A stretch of 64,000 bases of DNA. Origin: an uncultured Acidobacteriaceae bacterium. GTDB lineage: Bacteria > Acidobacteriota > Terriglobia > Terriglobales > Acidobacteriaceae. A model generated the notes under the pieces. It saw only the letters and a program-made list of their open reading frames with translations. It searched no databases and was not told where the DNA came from. The position numbers and the translations under genes are program-made. The stretch lies in assembly GCA_963751225.1 (NCBI GenBank), contig CAVVTY010000022.1, forward strand, positions 1,570-65,569. Reading direction: 5' to 3'. Below are positions 31,710-43,659 of this stretch, one piece after another; within the stretch, counting starts at the first letter, position 1; the number at the start of each line of letters is the position of its first letter.

Positions 31710-31796
31710 AAATCAGTCTGGATGTTTTCAGGATAGCTGGATCACTGGAAATTATCTGCAAATCCGCTCCGCACCCGGATGCACTACCATAACCGG

Positions 31797-32766
31797 GTGA
31801 CCAGGTCAGCCACCCACGTACCCACTCTGCTTGTGCACGGAGGAGCCTGGGCCATCCCGCCAGACGCCGCGGCCGCGCACGAAGCCGGTGTTCGCCGTGC
31901 CCTCGATGCCGGTTATGGCATCCTCGCGCGTGGCGGTTCGGCCCTCGATGCCGTCGAAGCCGCCGTCATCGTGCATGGAAGAAGATCCCACCTTTGATGC
32001 CGGGCGCGGCAGCTTCCTTACATCAGACGGGCGCGTGCAGCTTGACGCCCTGTTGATGGACGGCGGCCGCATGAAGGCCGGAGGAGTGGCCTGTGTCGAG
32101 CGCCTGCGCAATCCAATCCACGCTGCCCGCCTGGTGCTTGAAAAGAGCCCGCATGTCTACTTCGTGGGCGCGGGCGCTGAAGCTTTCGCCTGCTCCCACG
32201 GAATGGACCTCATTGATAACTCCGAACTTGTTCTCGACCGTGAACGCCACCGCCTCACGGATGCGCAGGCCCGCCAGGCTGCCGGTCTCGCTGACACTAC
32301 CTTCTCGGGAATCATCGACGACAAAAGCCCTGAGACCGCCCATCCACACGGTTTTGGGTCGCACGATACCGTTGGTGCTGTCGCTCTCGACTCCCATGGC
32401 AACCTCGCCGCCGGCACTTCCACAGGTGGCACGCTTAATAAAACTCCGGGCCGCGTCGGCGATTCCTCACTGATCGGCTGCGGCTGCTACGCCGACAATC
32501 TCTCCGCGGCTGTTTCGCTTACCGGCTGGGGTGAGCCCATCATGAAGCTTGTCCTCGGCAAGTGGGCCACCGATCGCGTTGCCGCCGGTACAACGCCCGA
32601 ATTCGCCGCGCGCGAGGCGATCTCTTATCTCTTCAACCGTCTCGGAGGCCACGGCGGCATCATCCTGCTCGGACCCGACGGCCGATTCGGCTTCGCACAT
32701 AACACGCCGGCCATGGCCTGGGGACTTGCCACTCCCGCAGGCTGCGAAACCGGATTGACAATCTAG
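31797..32766 (+). CDS. Isoaspartyl peptidase/L-asparaginase (frameshift near 31975)
   Basis: LLVHGGAW, FDAGRGS, HDTVGAVA, TSTGG, GRVGDS. Confidence 0.9.
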
Positions 32767-32831
32767 GGTGGAAGACCACGACAATTCACCGCGATCCTGA
32801 CACCTGATCCCTGACACCTGACCCCTGCAAT

Positions 32832-33638
32832 CTACGGCGTCAGCTTCCACTTGATCCGCGTGTACGCGACCCGAAACCCCTTGCGCTCCGCGTTGCGCTG
32901 CGAGTTGCTTCCGGCCTCAGCCACCATCATCATCAGATCGCATCCATGTTCATATGCGTACTTCATCCGCTCCTGCAAGAGCGCCGCCTGCAATCCGCGG
33001 CATCGTAGCTCAGGAACAGTCGCCGCGCCCGCAAAGAGCGCGACACCGCCGTAGATGAACAGCGCTCCGGCCGCTCCCGGCTTTCCATCGATCTCGGCCA
33101 CGAAGCACGGCCCGTCCTTGCGCGCCACGCACAAGACACCCATCGACTGAACAAATTCCTGCAATTCCGGATGCTCGTACGTCCAGCCCCGTGCACTGAT
33201 GTTTCCCCACAGTTGAGCCTCTTCCTGCCCAACCACCCGCACCTGGATATGTGCGGGATGATCCGGCCCCGGCTTTTCTACTGCGCGGTACATCACGTTG
33301 CTGACCTCGATCGGTCGATAACCGCGCTCGCACAGCAGATCCAGCGCGGGAACCCCTGCCAGCGGGCATACCTCGTGCATGGCCGCCGTATTGCGGTCAA
33401 AGAAAAACTGCTCCATCCTTTCCAGCGTCCCTGCGGTCAGCGGCTCGAAGATACCCAACCCGAAACTCTGCGTCGTGGGCGCGTCGATTCCGTCGAAAAC
33501 CGCGACCGCGCCGCCGACCTCGATCCACTCCGAGCCGCTCTCTGGAAACAGCCTTGCACGCGCTTCCGCGAACTGCTTGCAGGCGTACCCCTCTGCTGTC
33601 TCCAGCCTTTTAGCGAGTTCCAGATCTGAGAACGTCAT
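32832..33638 (-). CDS. GNAT family N-acetyltransferase
   Basis: ATVPELRCRGLQAALL and SQRNAERKGF motifs. Confidence 0.85.
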   Translation of the reverse strand: MTFSDLELAKRLETAEGYACKQFAEARARLFPESGSEWIEVGGAVAVFDGIDAPTTQSFGLGIFEPLTAGTLERMEQFFFDRNTAAMHEVCPLAGVPALDLLCERGYRPIEVSNVMYRAVEKPGPDHPAHIQVRVVGQEEAQLWGNISARGWTYEHPELQEFVQSMGVLCVARKDGPCFVAEIDGKPGAAGALFIYGGVALFAGAATVPELRCRGLQAALLQERMKYAYEHGCDLMMMVAEAGSNSQRNAERKGFRVAYTRIKWKLTP

Positions 33639-33736
33639 CGTGCATCCGATCGTACACGCGAAGCCGCAATGTGCGGCAGAGTGATCTTGCGCTCGGCTTC
33701 GGCCACGTTCCCGCGCGGTACTCTAGAGAAGCCGAT

Positions 33737-34340
33737 ATGCGCTCGACTTGTCCTTGCCTCCGCTTCGCCTCGCCGCCGCGAACTGCTCGCGCAGGCGGGT
33801 TTCACGTTTGAGGTCCACCCCGCCCACATTCCCGAAGACCCGCTTCCCGACGAAGACTCTGTCGCCTACGTGGTAAGGCTGGCTCGCGAGAAGGCACAGG
33901 CAGTCTTCAATGAGCTGAATGACTCGACTGCAATCGTCCTCGGCGCGGACACAACAGTCACTCTCGACAACCACATTCTCGGCAAGCCCGAAGACGCTGC
34001 GGACGCGGCACGCATGCTTCGCATGCTCTCGGGCCGCACCCACCGCGTCATGACCGGCATCGCGGTGGTCACCGCTGAGTCGGCCGAAGTCGCCGCCGAG
34101 GTCACGGGCGTTCGCTTCCTCGCGCTTTCTGACGAAGAGATCGACGCCTACATCGCCACCGGCGAGCCCATGGATAAAGCCGGCGCCTACGCCATTCAGG
34201 GCCGTGCCGCACGCTGGATACCGCGCATCGAAGGCTGCTACTTCAACGTCGTCGGCCTTCCGCTGTCCCTCGTGTCCACAATGCTCGACTTCTGTGAGCC
34301 CGCAGCCACGCGCTCCAGCTCAAATTCACTGAGCCGTTAG
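33737..34340 (+). CDS. maf: Maf family nucleotide pyrophosphatase
   Basis: LVLASASPRRRELL, GADTTV, GKP, DKAGAYAIQG, NVVGLP; ATG at 33737 is one base out of frame (probable indel). Confidence 0.9.
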
Positions 34341-34354
34341 CTGGGAGATAGCAG

Positions 34355-36714
34355 CTAGAAGCTAGAAGTTGTCTTCTCCCCGTCGTATGCCAGCGTCTTC
34401 TCCGCCGTCGCGCTCTCGCCAATCCCAACGCCGTGGCCTTTCCCAACCACCACCACCTTGAACGTGCGCTTCGCGAGCATACCGGGGAAGCTCCCTTCCC
34501 GTGCGCCAATCGTCAGCGTCTTCGCCGCGTCGTTCCAGTGCAACGCAATGGTTGCATGTGCGCCTTTCGTGTAGTTGTAGCCGTCGTTCTCATCCTCGTA
34601 GAGGGTGAAGTCGCCATCGGCCCCCGGATAGATGCGCAACTCGATAGGGTCAGCAGGCTTCTCGGTCGACCACTCCATCGCCGGTCCCATCGGCACAATC
34701 GATCCCGCTCGCACAAACAGCGGCAGCTTCTCGAGCGGAGCATCCGCCTCGACGCGCATGCCCCCTTCCACCTTTTCGCCTGTCCAGAAGTCGTACCAGT
34801 CCGCTTTTGGTAGGTAAACCGTTCTTTTGGTTGCACCCTGTGTCGTCACGGGACTCACAAGAATCGCCGGCCCGAACAAATACTCATCGCCGGTATTCTG
34901 CGCCTCCACGTCGTCGCGCCAGTCCATCACCAGCGGACGCATCAGCGTCCCGTGATTGCTTGTCACCTGCCACGCCTGCGAATAAATGTAGGGCAGCAGC
35001 CGGTAGCGCAGCGTGTCATAGTCAACCAGGATCTTCTGCGCGTCTGCCCCATACGACCACAACTCGTTCTCATCTGGCCAGCGCGTTCCGTGAACACGGA
35101 AGATCGGCGAAAACGCACCAAACTGGAACCAGCGCACAAACAATTCGCGGAACTTCGGATCGTTCAGGTCTCCGCCCGAGATAAACCCGCCAATGTCCGT
35201 CGTCCAGTACGGCATGCCCGAGATCGAATAGTTCAGCCCCGCCGGGATCTGCCGCGCGAATGTCATCCAATCGCTCAGCACGTCGCCGGACCATGCCGTC
35301 ACGCCGTATCTCTGCGACCCGGCATACGCCGAGCGCGACAGGATGAATACGCGCTTCTTGTCCGAGGCCGCCTGCTGTCCCTCTGACACTCCGCCTGAGT
35401 GAAACAGCGAATACACGTTCGCGTATCGCGCGCCCGAGCCAATATGCAGCTTGTGATCGACGAGGATGTTATCCTCGCGCCCTTCCGTCTCGGGCTCATC
35501 GGTGTCCAGCCACCAGGCGTCCACGCCCTTCTGAAACAGCGCGGTATTCACATTCGCCCAGTATTGCTTCTGCGCATCCGGATTCGTCGCGTCATACAGC
35601 GCCTGACCCAGCGGGTGGAATCCACCCACCTGCGTCTTCGCAACAAACCAGCCCTTCCTGTCGAACTCGTCGTACACCGGGCTGCCGGGCCTGAAGTACG
35701 GCCACACTGAAACCATCAGGTGAAAATGCTCGTCGTGCAGCTTGTTGATGAGGCCCTGCGGGTCGGGGTACTTCTCGTTCCACTTCATCTCGCCCATCGT
35801 CACCCACCAGAACCAGTCCTGCACGATGTTGTCCACCGGGAATGTGCAGCGCGCGATACTTTGCAGCTACCGTCTCAATCTCCTGCTGCGACTGGTACTT
35901 GTTCTTGCACTGCCAGAATCCGTACGCCCATCGCCCAAACAGCGGAACCTCGCCCGTCAACTCGCGATAGCGCCCGATAATCTGGTCTGCATCGGGCCCG
36001 TAAATGAAGTAGTAGTCGACGCGATCGGCAACTTCCGCGCTCATGTAGAGCATATGCACAAAGCGGTTGTTCACCCGGCCCCGCGAAGGGTTGTTCCAGA
36101 AGATGCCGTAGCCATTCGTTGAAACCATCAGCGGGATCGCGATATTTGTGTTCTCCTGCGACAGGTCCACCGTCTCACCGCGGTAGTTCCAAACGCCCGC
36201 CTGGTGCTGTCCGAGCCCGTAGAGCCCTTCGTGCGAGCCGTAGATCGCAAAGAACGACTCCGCGTGAAACGTCTTTTCTCCGTTCACCTCCACGGGCTTC
36301 AGCGAGCGATAGCTCTCGGTCGTCAACGGTTTACCGTCTGCCCCGGAATAATGAAGCGCGCCGCTCTCGCGCTCGATGACCGCTTTCAGCTTCGACGTGG
36401 TCAGTGTGATCGCCTTCTCATCGGACTTCACATCAAAGCTGGTGGCCGGCCACGTCTTGCTTGATCACTACATGGTCAGAAGGGCGAACTTCCTTCACCG
36501 GCTGAAGAGGTGAGTACGTCACGTGCAATACGTCCGCCGCATTTACCTCAAGGCGAAGCACGCCATCTTTCTGCCGCACCTCCAGGCCGTCGGCTTGCTT
36601 CTCAAAGCTCACCACCGGATTCGGCGGATTCCACTGTGCCCCTGCGTTCGGGGCAATCCAAGCCATCGCGCAAATCAACACACAAACCAGGGCAGATCGA
36701 ACGCTGGTCATCAA
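34355..36714 (-). CDS. GH31 alpha-xylosidase/glucosidase (three frame pieces)
   Basis: YGLGQHQ, WWLDTDEP, WSGD, WTTDIGGF, PIFRVHG; signal peptide. Confidence 0.88.
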
Positions 36715-36932
36715 AAGCGGTTCCTCTTCATCTGAGAATTACCAAACCCACAAGTGTATCCTGCCGGCTGCACTCGACCCCGCGCTGCAATGGCGTCATC
36801 TTTCGGACAATTCGAGTCTCATTCTCCCCGTCCAGACGCCACTGAAAGGTAACGGGATGCGTGCGCATCACCATCGTCAATCTGCCCATCTGTGCGCTAA
36901 ACTTCCATCCATTCATCACCACAGGAAAGTCC

Positions 36933-38914
36933 ATGCGGTCAAATACTCTGCTCGTCCTTGTTTGCCTTGCTCCGGCCTTCATCTCGCCCAAACTTTCACT
37001 TGCGCAGTTCCAGCCTCCCTCAAAGGAAGAACTGCAAATGACCGAGGATCCGAAGGCGCGCGGGTCCGATGCCGTCTATCTCTATCGCGAGGAAGTCACG
37101 GATGACGCGCTGCACTTTCAAAGCCATTACGTGCGCGTCAAGGTGCTCACCGAGAAGGGAAAGGAACTCGCCACGGTACATGTTCCGTATGAGCACGGCG
37201 TCGACAGTGTCACCGACATCCAGGGCCGCACCATCCACTCCGACGGCACCGCAATCCCATTGACTGCCAAGCCGGCCGACCTCATGGACTACAAGGCCAG
37301 GGACCGTCAGGTCAACACAGTCGTCTTCACCCTGCCCAGCGTCGAAGTGGGAAGCATCCTCGAATACCGGCTGAAGGTCCGCCTTCCCGACAACTGGGTC
37401 TCCGAGCCAACGTGGAGCATCCAGCAGCCCTATTTCGTCCGGCAGGCGCACTACAGCTTCCATCCGCATGTAGAGCCGGGCCACTTCATCAGCGACGGCA
37501 ACGGAAACTCCCTCAACCGCCTCTTGTATGCAATGCGCATCGGCAGCGATGCCAAGCTCAATTACGAGGAGCACAAAGACATTTACAGCATCGACCTGAC
37601 CGACATTCCGGCGATCCCCAAAGAAGACTGGATGCCTCCGCTGAACACCTTCAAATGGCGCATCGAGTTCTACTACACCAATGCGACATCGGGCGCCAAT
37701 TTCTGGGAGGATGCCGGCAAGCAATGGGCTAAACGGACGCAGGCTTTCGCCAATCCCAACAATGGGATCAAGAGCATCGTCGCCGGCATCGTGGCGCCTT
37801 CAGATACGGATGAGCAGAAGGCCAGAAAGATCTATGCCGCGGTACAGAAGCTCGACAACACCGCATTCAGCCGGGAAAAATCCAGCGCTGAGCTCAAAAA
37901 GGAAAAGTTGAAACCCATCCGCAACGCTGAAGATGTCTGGAAGCAGCAGAGCGGGACCGACGACGATATAACGCTCCTCTTTGTCGCCCTTGCTCGAGCC
38001 GCCGGCCTGAAGGCTTATCCCGCGCAGGTAGTCAATCGCAACCGCGCGATATTTGACGATAATTATCTATCGATCCGCCAACTGGATGACTACCTTGCCA
38101 TTGTTGCTCTCGATGGGAAGGAACTCTTCCTCGATCCCGGCCAGAAGATGTGTCCATTCGGTCTTCTCCACTGGAAGCACACTCTCGCATCGGGTCTTCG
38201 CGTGACCGAAGGCGGGCCAGCTCCCGTGTTGTCTCCCGCCCTGACATACAAGTCCGCGATCGCAAGCCGAAATGCGGATCTCGACATCTCCCCGGATGGG
38301 TCCGTGATCAGGAACCATTCGCTATGTCATGTCGGGTCCTGAAGCTCTGCATTGGCGTCAGCTTGCGCTTGAAAACGATCAGGACGAAGTCAAGAAGAGG
38401 TTCATTGAAGCCGTTCAAAAGGAACTGCCGGACGGCGTCCACGCCGACTTCGATCACTTTCTCGGCTCTCGACGACTACAACACCAACCTCATGGCAGTC
38501 GTGAAGGTTACCGGCAACATCGGCGCCGCAACCGGCAAGCGCTTCTTCCTGCCTGGCCTTTTCTTTCAGGCTCGCGCCGAACATCCATTTGTCGCCCAGG
38601 ACAAGCGCACCACTCCGGTTGATGTGCAATACCCCAAATCGCAGGAGGACGACGTCACCTATAAGCTGCCAGCCGGCTTCAGCATCGAGAGCGGGCCGCA
38701 ACAAGCCAATGCTGCGTGGCCCAATCACGCGATCCTGAAGATCACCTCCACCAATACGCCTGACAGCGCGAGAGTGGTGCGGGTGCTGGTCTACAATTTC
38801 GCCCTGCTCGGCGCATCCGACTATCCCAGTCTCCACGACTTCTATCAAAAAGTCGCGACAGCCGATCAACAGCAACTGGTCCTCACCCGGGCCGCGGTCG
38901 CCAAGGGGAACTGA
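36933..38914 (+). CDS. DUF3857 + transglutaminase-like domain protein (frameshifted)
   Basis: LPSVEVGSILEY motif; GTDDDITLLF without catalytic Cys; FLDP. Confidence 0.8.
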
Positions 38915-38915
38915 T

Positions 38916-40908
38916 ATGGCCGTTCGGGCTCTCCATCACGTCAGCATCGACCGCATTCTCGTCGCGGCTCTCTTGCTCTTTGCCTGCAAACCCGGAGCAG
39001 CGGGAATCTTCGGCAAATCCCAGGCGGTCCCTCAGTGGGGTCTCGATGCCTACAAAACACGCACCCCGGATTACGCCAAAGACGCTGCAGCCGTCATCCT
39101 TTTCGACGAATACATTGAGACCGTGGACGCGCAGGGCCGCGCCGTCGAGCGCGAGCGCGAAGCCATCCGTGTTCTCAAGCCGCAGGGCCGTCACAACACC
39201 TGCGAAGTGGCGTATGACGTTGACCAGAAGGTCAACTACTTTCGCGTCTGGACCATAACTGCCGAAGAAAAGCAGTACATGGCACAGGACACCGACTTCA
39301 CCGAAGAAGGCAACACCAGCATTCCCATCCTGCTGTCCACTCGGAAGTACCGCATTGCTCATCCGCCTGCGGTCGATGTCGGCGCCACCATCCTCTGCGA
39401 GTCAGAAGAGGTGATGGAGCCGTATTCGCAGGAAAAGGTCTGGCGCATCCAGAGCGGGATTCCCATCGTCTTTCAGGCGCTTGAGGTCGATCTGCCTCCG
39501 GGCCGTGCTCACTCGCAATCCTGGCACGCTTACAAGCCCGTCCCGCCAGTTGAGGTCGCACCAGGTCACTGGCGATGGGAGATCAAGGATATGCCCGCAC
39601 TGATTCTCCGCGACATTCCTTCCAGCCCGGAGTGGGGCGCGCTTGCGGCCCGCATGTCCGTCCTAGTGGGGCGACGCCGCCATCGAAGGAACCGACAACC
39701 AGTGGCGTGCTCTCGGCCAGTGGGTCACCACGCTTGAAGCTGACCGGCCCGCTCCCTCGCCCGAGATCACCGCGCATACGCAGAGCCTCATCGCCGGGGC
39801 CCCCGACTTCTACACAAAGCTGAGCCGCATTACCGAGTCAATTCAGAAGGACATTCGCTACTTCATCGTCGAGCGTGGCATCGGCGGCCTGCAGGCCAAT
39901 CACGCGGTCGACATCTTCCGCAACCGCTACGGTGACTGCAAAGACAAAACCACGCTCCTTATCTCGATGCTCCGGGTAGCCGGAATCAACGCCTACTACG
40001 TGCCGGTCGACGACCGTCGCGGCATTGTCGATCCCGAGAGTCCATCGCTCTACGGCAATCACATGATCACCGCGATTGAGGTTCCAGCGGACGTACAGGA
40101 CTCGCGGCTGATGGCTATCGTGAAAGGGAAAGACGGCAAGCGCTATCTCATCTTCGACCCCACCAACGAACGCGCCCCCGTCGGGAATTTGCCTTCGTAT
40201 CTGCAGGGGAGCTACGGAATCCTCGCCGCCGGAGCTTCAAGCCAGGTCATCGCGCTCCCGGTTCTCGGCCCTGACGCCAACGGCAACGATCGCAAAGGTG
40301 TATTCACGCTCTCGCCCGACGGCACGCTGACCGGCCAGGTCGACACCACGCACTCCGGCCCGGAAGGCGCCGAACTTCGCACCAACCTCAAATACTCTGA
40401 CGAGAAGGAGCGCCGCGAATCCCTTGAGAGCGAAGTCGCACGCGACGTGCCCGGCGTTGTCTTGAACTCGTTCCAGTTCGTTCAGCCACCGGCTCTCGAC
40501 AAGCCGCTCGAAGTGCACTACAAGCTCACCGCATCCCAGTACGCCCACCAGGCCGGTCCTCTGCTTCTGGTTCGCACGCGCGTCGTCGGCTCGCACGCCA
40601 TGGCCTTCAATGACAAGCCCCGGATCGTCCCCATCGACCTCACCGCCACAGGACACTGGCGCGACAGCTTCGATATCACGCTGCCCGCTGGCTACGTTGT
40701 CGACGAAACTCCCGACGCCGTTGCCCTCGATCTCGACTTTGCAAGCTATCACTCCATCGTCACCGCGAAAGATAATCGCCTTCACTACGAGCGTGACTAC
40801 GTCGTACGCCAGATCCAGATTCTCGCCGACAAAGCAGCCGATTTCCGCAAGCTGCAAGGGGCAATCCTCGCCGACGAAAAGGGAACTGCCGTCCTGAAGA
40901 AGCAATAG
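38916..40908 (+). CDS. DUF3857 + transglutaminase domain protein (frameshift near 39665)
   Basis: Middle frame encodes RYGDCKDKTTLL; NHMITAI and FDPT motifs. Confidence 0.82.
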
Positions 40909-41250
40909 CGTTCGCCGTGAATTGGTTGTGCTTTGAACCTTACACCCAACCGCGATGAGTGTGCCCCATTCAGGATCCGTCGCGGCGGATCATGAGTGGG
41001 ATCTACAAACGTTCCCGAGCTTGCTCTCTTATTGATCTGTCATTCTTCTATTGATCTGTCATTCTGAGCGACCAGAGTCCGCCGACGCGGACGGCGGGAG
41101 TCGAAGAACCTGCATTTGTCTTAGGCTCTTGTTGCAACTCACACCGCACGAAGGTGGCAAGCCACAGACAATCTCCGGTCTTCTGCATCTATTTGCCTTC
41201 ACGCACATCCATTCAACAAAGCCTTCACCATCGTTTGAACGGGAATACTC

Positions 41251-42360
41251 ATGAGCCATCCTCTCTTTTCGCCTCTACAGCTTCGCTCGCTCACCTTTGC
41301 CAACCGGATTGGCGTTTCGCCTATGTGCCAGTACTCCTCACACGATGGGTTTGCCACGGACTGGCATCTCGTTCACCTCGGCGCCCGCGCGCAGGGCGGT
41401 CCCGGCCTTGTCATGCTTGAGGCCTCTGCCGTCCTTCCCGAGGGTCGCATCTCCTCCGCCGACCTCGGCATCTGGAAAGACGAGCACATTCCCCGCCTTC
41501 AGCAGATTGCCTGCTTCATTCACAGCCAGGGTGTGCGCGCCGGCATCCAACTGGCTCACGCCGGGCGCAAAGGCAGCATGTCCCAGCCCTTTGGCGGGGA
41601 GCGCCTCCTCACGCCGGATGAAGGTCGCTGGCAGACCGTCGGACCCAGCCCCATTGCCTTCTCCCCGAACCACGACGTGCCACAGGCGTTGGACCAGTCC
41701 GGCATCAGCGCCGTTGTGAGCGCCTTTTCAAGGGCCGCATGCCGCGCGAATGCCGCGGGCTTCGACTTTGTTGAGATTCACGCAGCCCACGGCTATCTGC
41801 TTCACGAATTCCTGTCGCCCCTTGCCAACCACCGCACCGACGCGTACGGCGGCAGCTTTGCCAATCGCATCCGCCTTCTGCTTGAGGTCGTTGAGGGTGT
41901 CCGCGCCGAATGGCCGGCCCATCTCCCGTTGTTCGTCCGGATCTCGGCCACGGATTGGGCCGAGGGCGGCTGGTCCCCCGACGAATCTGTAGAGCTGGCG
42001 CGCCATCTGCGCGCCCGCGGCGTTGACCTCGTTGACGTCTCCTCGGGCGGCCAGGTTCCCGACGCCCGCATCCCGTTCGCCCCCGGCTTCCAGGTACCGT
42101 TTGCCGCCCGCATCCGGGTTGAGGCCGGCATTCCCGCCGCTGCCGTCGGCATGATCACTGACCCCGCCCAGGCCAATGAGATCGTGGTCTCCGGCCAGGC
42201 CGATATGGTCTTTCTAGCCCGCGAAATGCTGCGCGATCCCTACTGGCCCCTGCACGCCGCAGCCGCTCTCGGCGAACCGGCCAGTTGGCCCGTGCAGTAT
42301 CTGCGCGCCGCTCCGCCTCGTCCGCCCGCCCGCACTGCAGTCGAACGCCCCCTGAAATGA
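41251..42360 (+). CDS. NADH:flavin oxidoreductase (old yellow enzyme, YqjM/NamA-like)
   Basis: SPMCQYS, QLAHAGRK, EIHAAHGYLLHEFLSP, RDPYWP. Confidence 0.93.
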   Translation: MSHPLFSPLQLRSLTFANRIGVSPMCQYSSHDGFATDWHLVHLGARAQGGPGLVMLEASAVLPEGRISSADLGIWKDEHIPRLQQIACFIHSQGVRAGIQLAHAGRKGSMSQPFGGERLLTPDEGRWQTVGPSPIAFSPNHDVPQALDQSGISAVVSAFSRAACRANAAGFDFVEIHAAHGYLLHEFLSPLANHRTDAYGGSFANRIRLLLEVVEGVRAEWPAHLPLFVRISATDWAEGGWSPDESVELARHLRARGVDLVDVSSGGQVPDARIPFAPGFQVPFAARIRVEAGIPAAAVGMITDPAQANEIVVSGQADMVFLAREMLRDPYWPLHAAAALGEPASWPVQYLRAAPPRPPARTAVERPLK

Positions 42361-42540
42361 CACGCTGAAACAACCCCCGGAGCAACACGCAGACAAGGCC
42401 ATTCCGCCCGTCTTTGCGCAGGGCGGGTCAACAGCAGCTTATGTCTTCACTTTTTGCTTCACATCGGGTGCAAAGAGTGGCCTATACTGCGTCTAAGGAG
42501 TCCCACCCACTAGGGATTGTGGAAACCTTTCGAATTTGCT

Positions 42541-43029
42541 ATGGCATCGCATCCGTCCCCGAAGCGCGCCTCTGAATCGCCGACCATACCGGACCGTCTC
42601 TATTTCAAAATTGGAGATGTCGCTCGCATCTGCAAGGTCGAAGCATATGTGCTGCGCTTCTGGGAGTCGCAGTTTCCGCAGCTCAAGCCGAACAAGAGCG
42701 GAACCGGCCAGCGCCTTTATCGCAAGCGCGACGTCGAAATCGCACTTGAGATCAAGCGCCTCGTCTACGGCGAAGGCTACACTCTCTCCGGCGCTCGTCA
42801 CGCTCTCAGCCAGACACGACGCTCCGATTCCCCGGCAGGTGTGCCGGCAGCAGAACCCGCGCCTGGCAAAAAAAGCGATCGCGTCGCGGCCACCATCGGC
42901 CGGGCTCGCGCGGAATTGCGCGAGATCGCCGGCATGCTCGCCGCCGCGCCCGGTCCGCAGCAACCTTCACGCCGACGGCCGCGCGTTTCTCCCATCCCCT
43001 CGGCCAGCGGCTCGCTCTTCCCGTCCTGA
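42541..43029 (+). CDS. MerR family transcriptional regulator
   Basis: YFKIGDVA...VLRFWESQFP...GQRLY. Confidence 0.9.
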   Translation: MASHPSPKRASESPTIPDRLYFKIGDVARICKVEAYVLRFWESQFPQLKPNKSGTGQRLYRKRDVEIALEIKRLVYGEGYTLSGARHALSQTRRSDSPAGVPAAEPAPGKKSDRVAATIGRARAELREIAGMLAAAPGPQQPSRRRPRVSPIPSASGSLFPS

Positions 43030-43076
43030 CGCGGCAGGTTACGACCCCACTTCAGCATCAGAGCCTCAACGCGGCC

Positions 43077-43451
43077 TCATTTCGGAGCAGGAGCCGCAGT
43101 CGGTGTCTGCGCAGCCCCGAGGGCTTCCACCCGCACCACCTTGCACTTCGTTTCTTTTCCTGACATTGATTTCAGCGTGACCTTGTCGCTGTCAATCTCA
43201 TACTTCACATCATTGCCGACAACAAAGTCGGTCGCCTTGAGCTTTGTCTTCTCCTGCGTACGACACGTGTACTTATTTCCGCCGGTCTCGAAGAGGAAAT
43301 CGTACCGCTGGTTCTTGTCCTTTTTGTCCGTGGTGCCGGCAGTCTGCAGGTCGTCGAGCTTGGCTGTTCCCTTTTGCTTGTTCCCGGCCGTCGCCGGCAG
43401 TGCGCACATAAGCAGGAGCAGCACCGCAGCAATCTGTTTACGCATCATCAT
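43077..43451 (-). CDS. Small exported hypothetical protein
   Basis: Signal peptide followed by a lysine-rich beta domain. Confidence 0.65.
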   Translation of the reverse strand: MMMRKQIAAVLLLLMCALPATAGNKQKGTAKLDDLQTAGTTDKKDKNQRYDFLFETGGNKYTCRTQEKTKLKATDFVVGNDVKYEIDSDKVTLKSMSGKETKCKVVRVEALGAAQTPTAAPAPK

Positions 43452-43659
43452 CCTCCACTCAAATCGTGTTTTTCGTCAGGAGCGGCAATCCCAGTATTCG
43501 AGAGCCACCCATACGGAATGAGTCTATGCATAGATGCCTCTTTCAGGAAACTGGCATAACTTCCAGTCCTGGGTCGCTACCAGAACTGGGGACTTCATGC
43601 AATGAGATGTGAAAGGGCGCCTGCCCGCTTTCCCTTAAGTTCCGAAAAGAGACCGGGAA

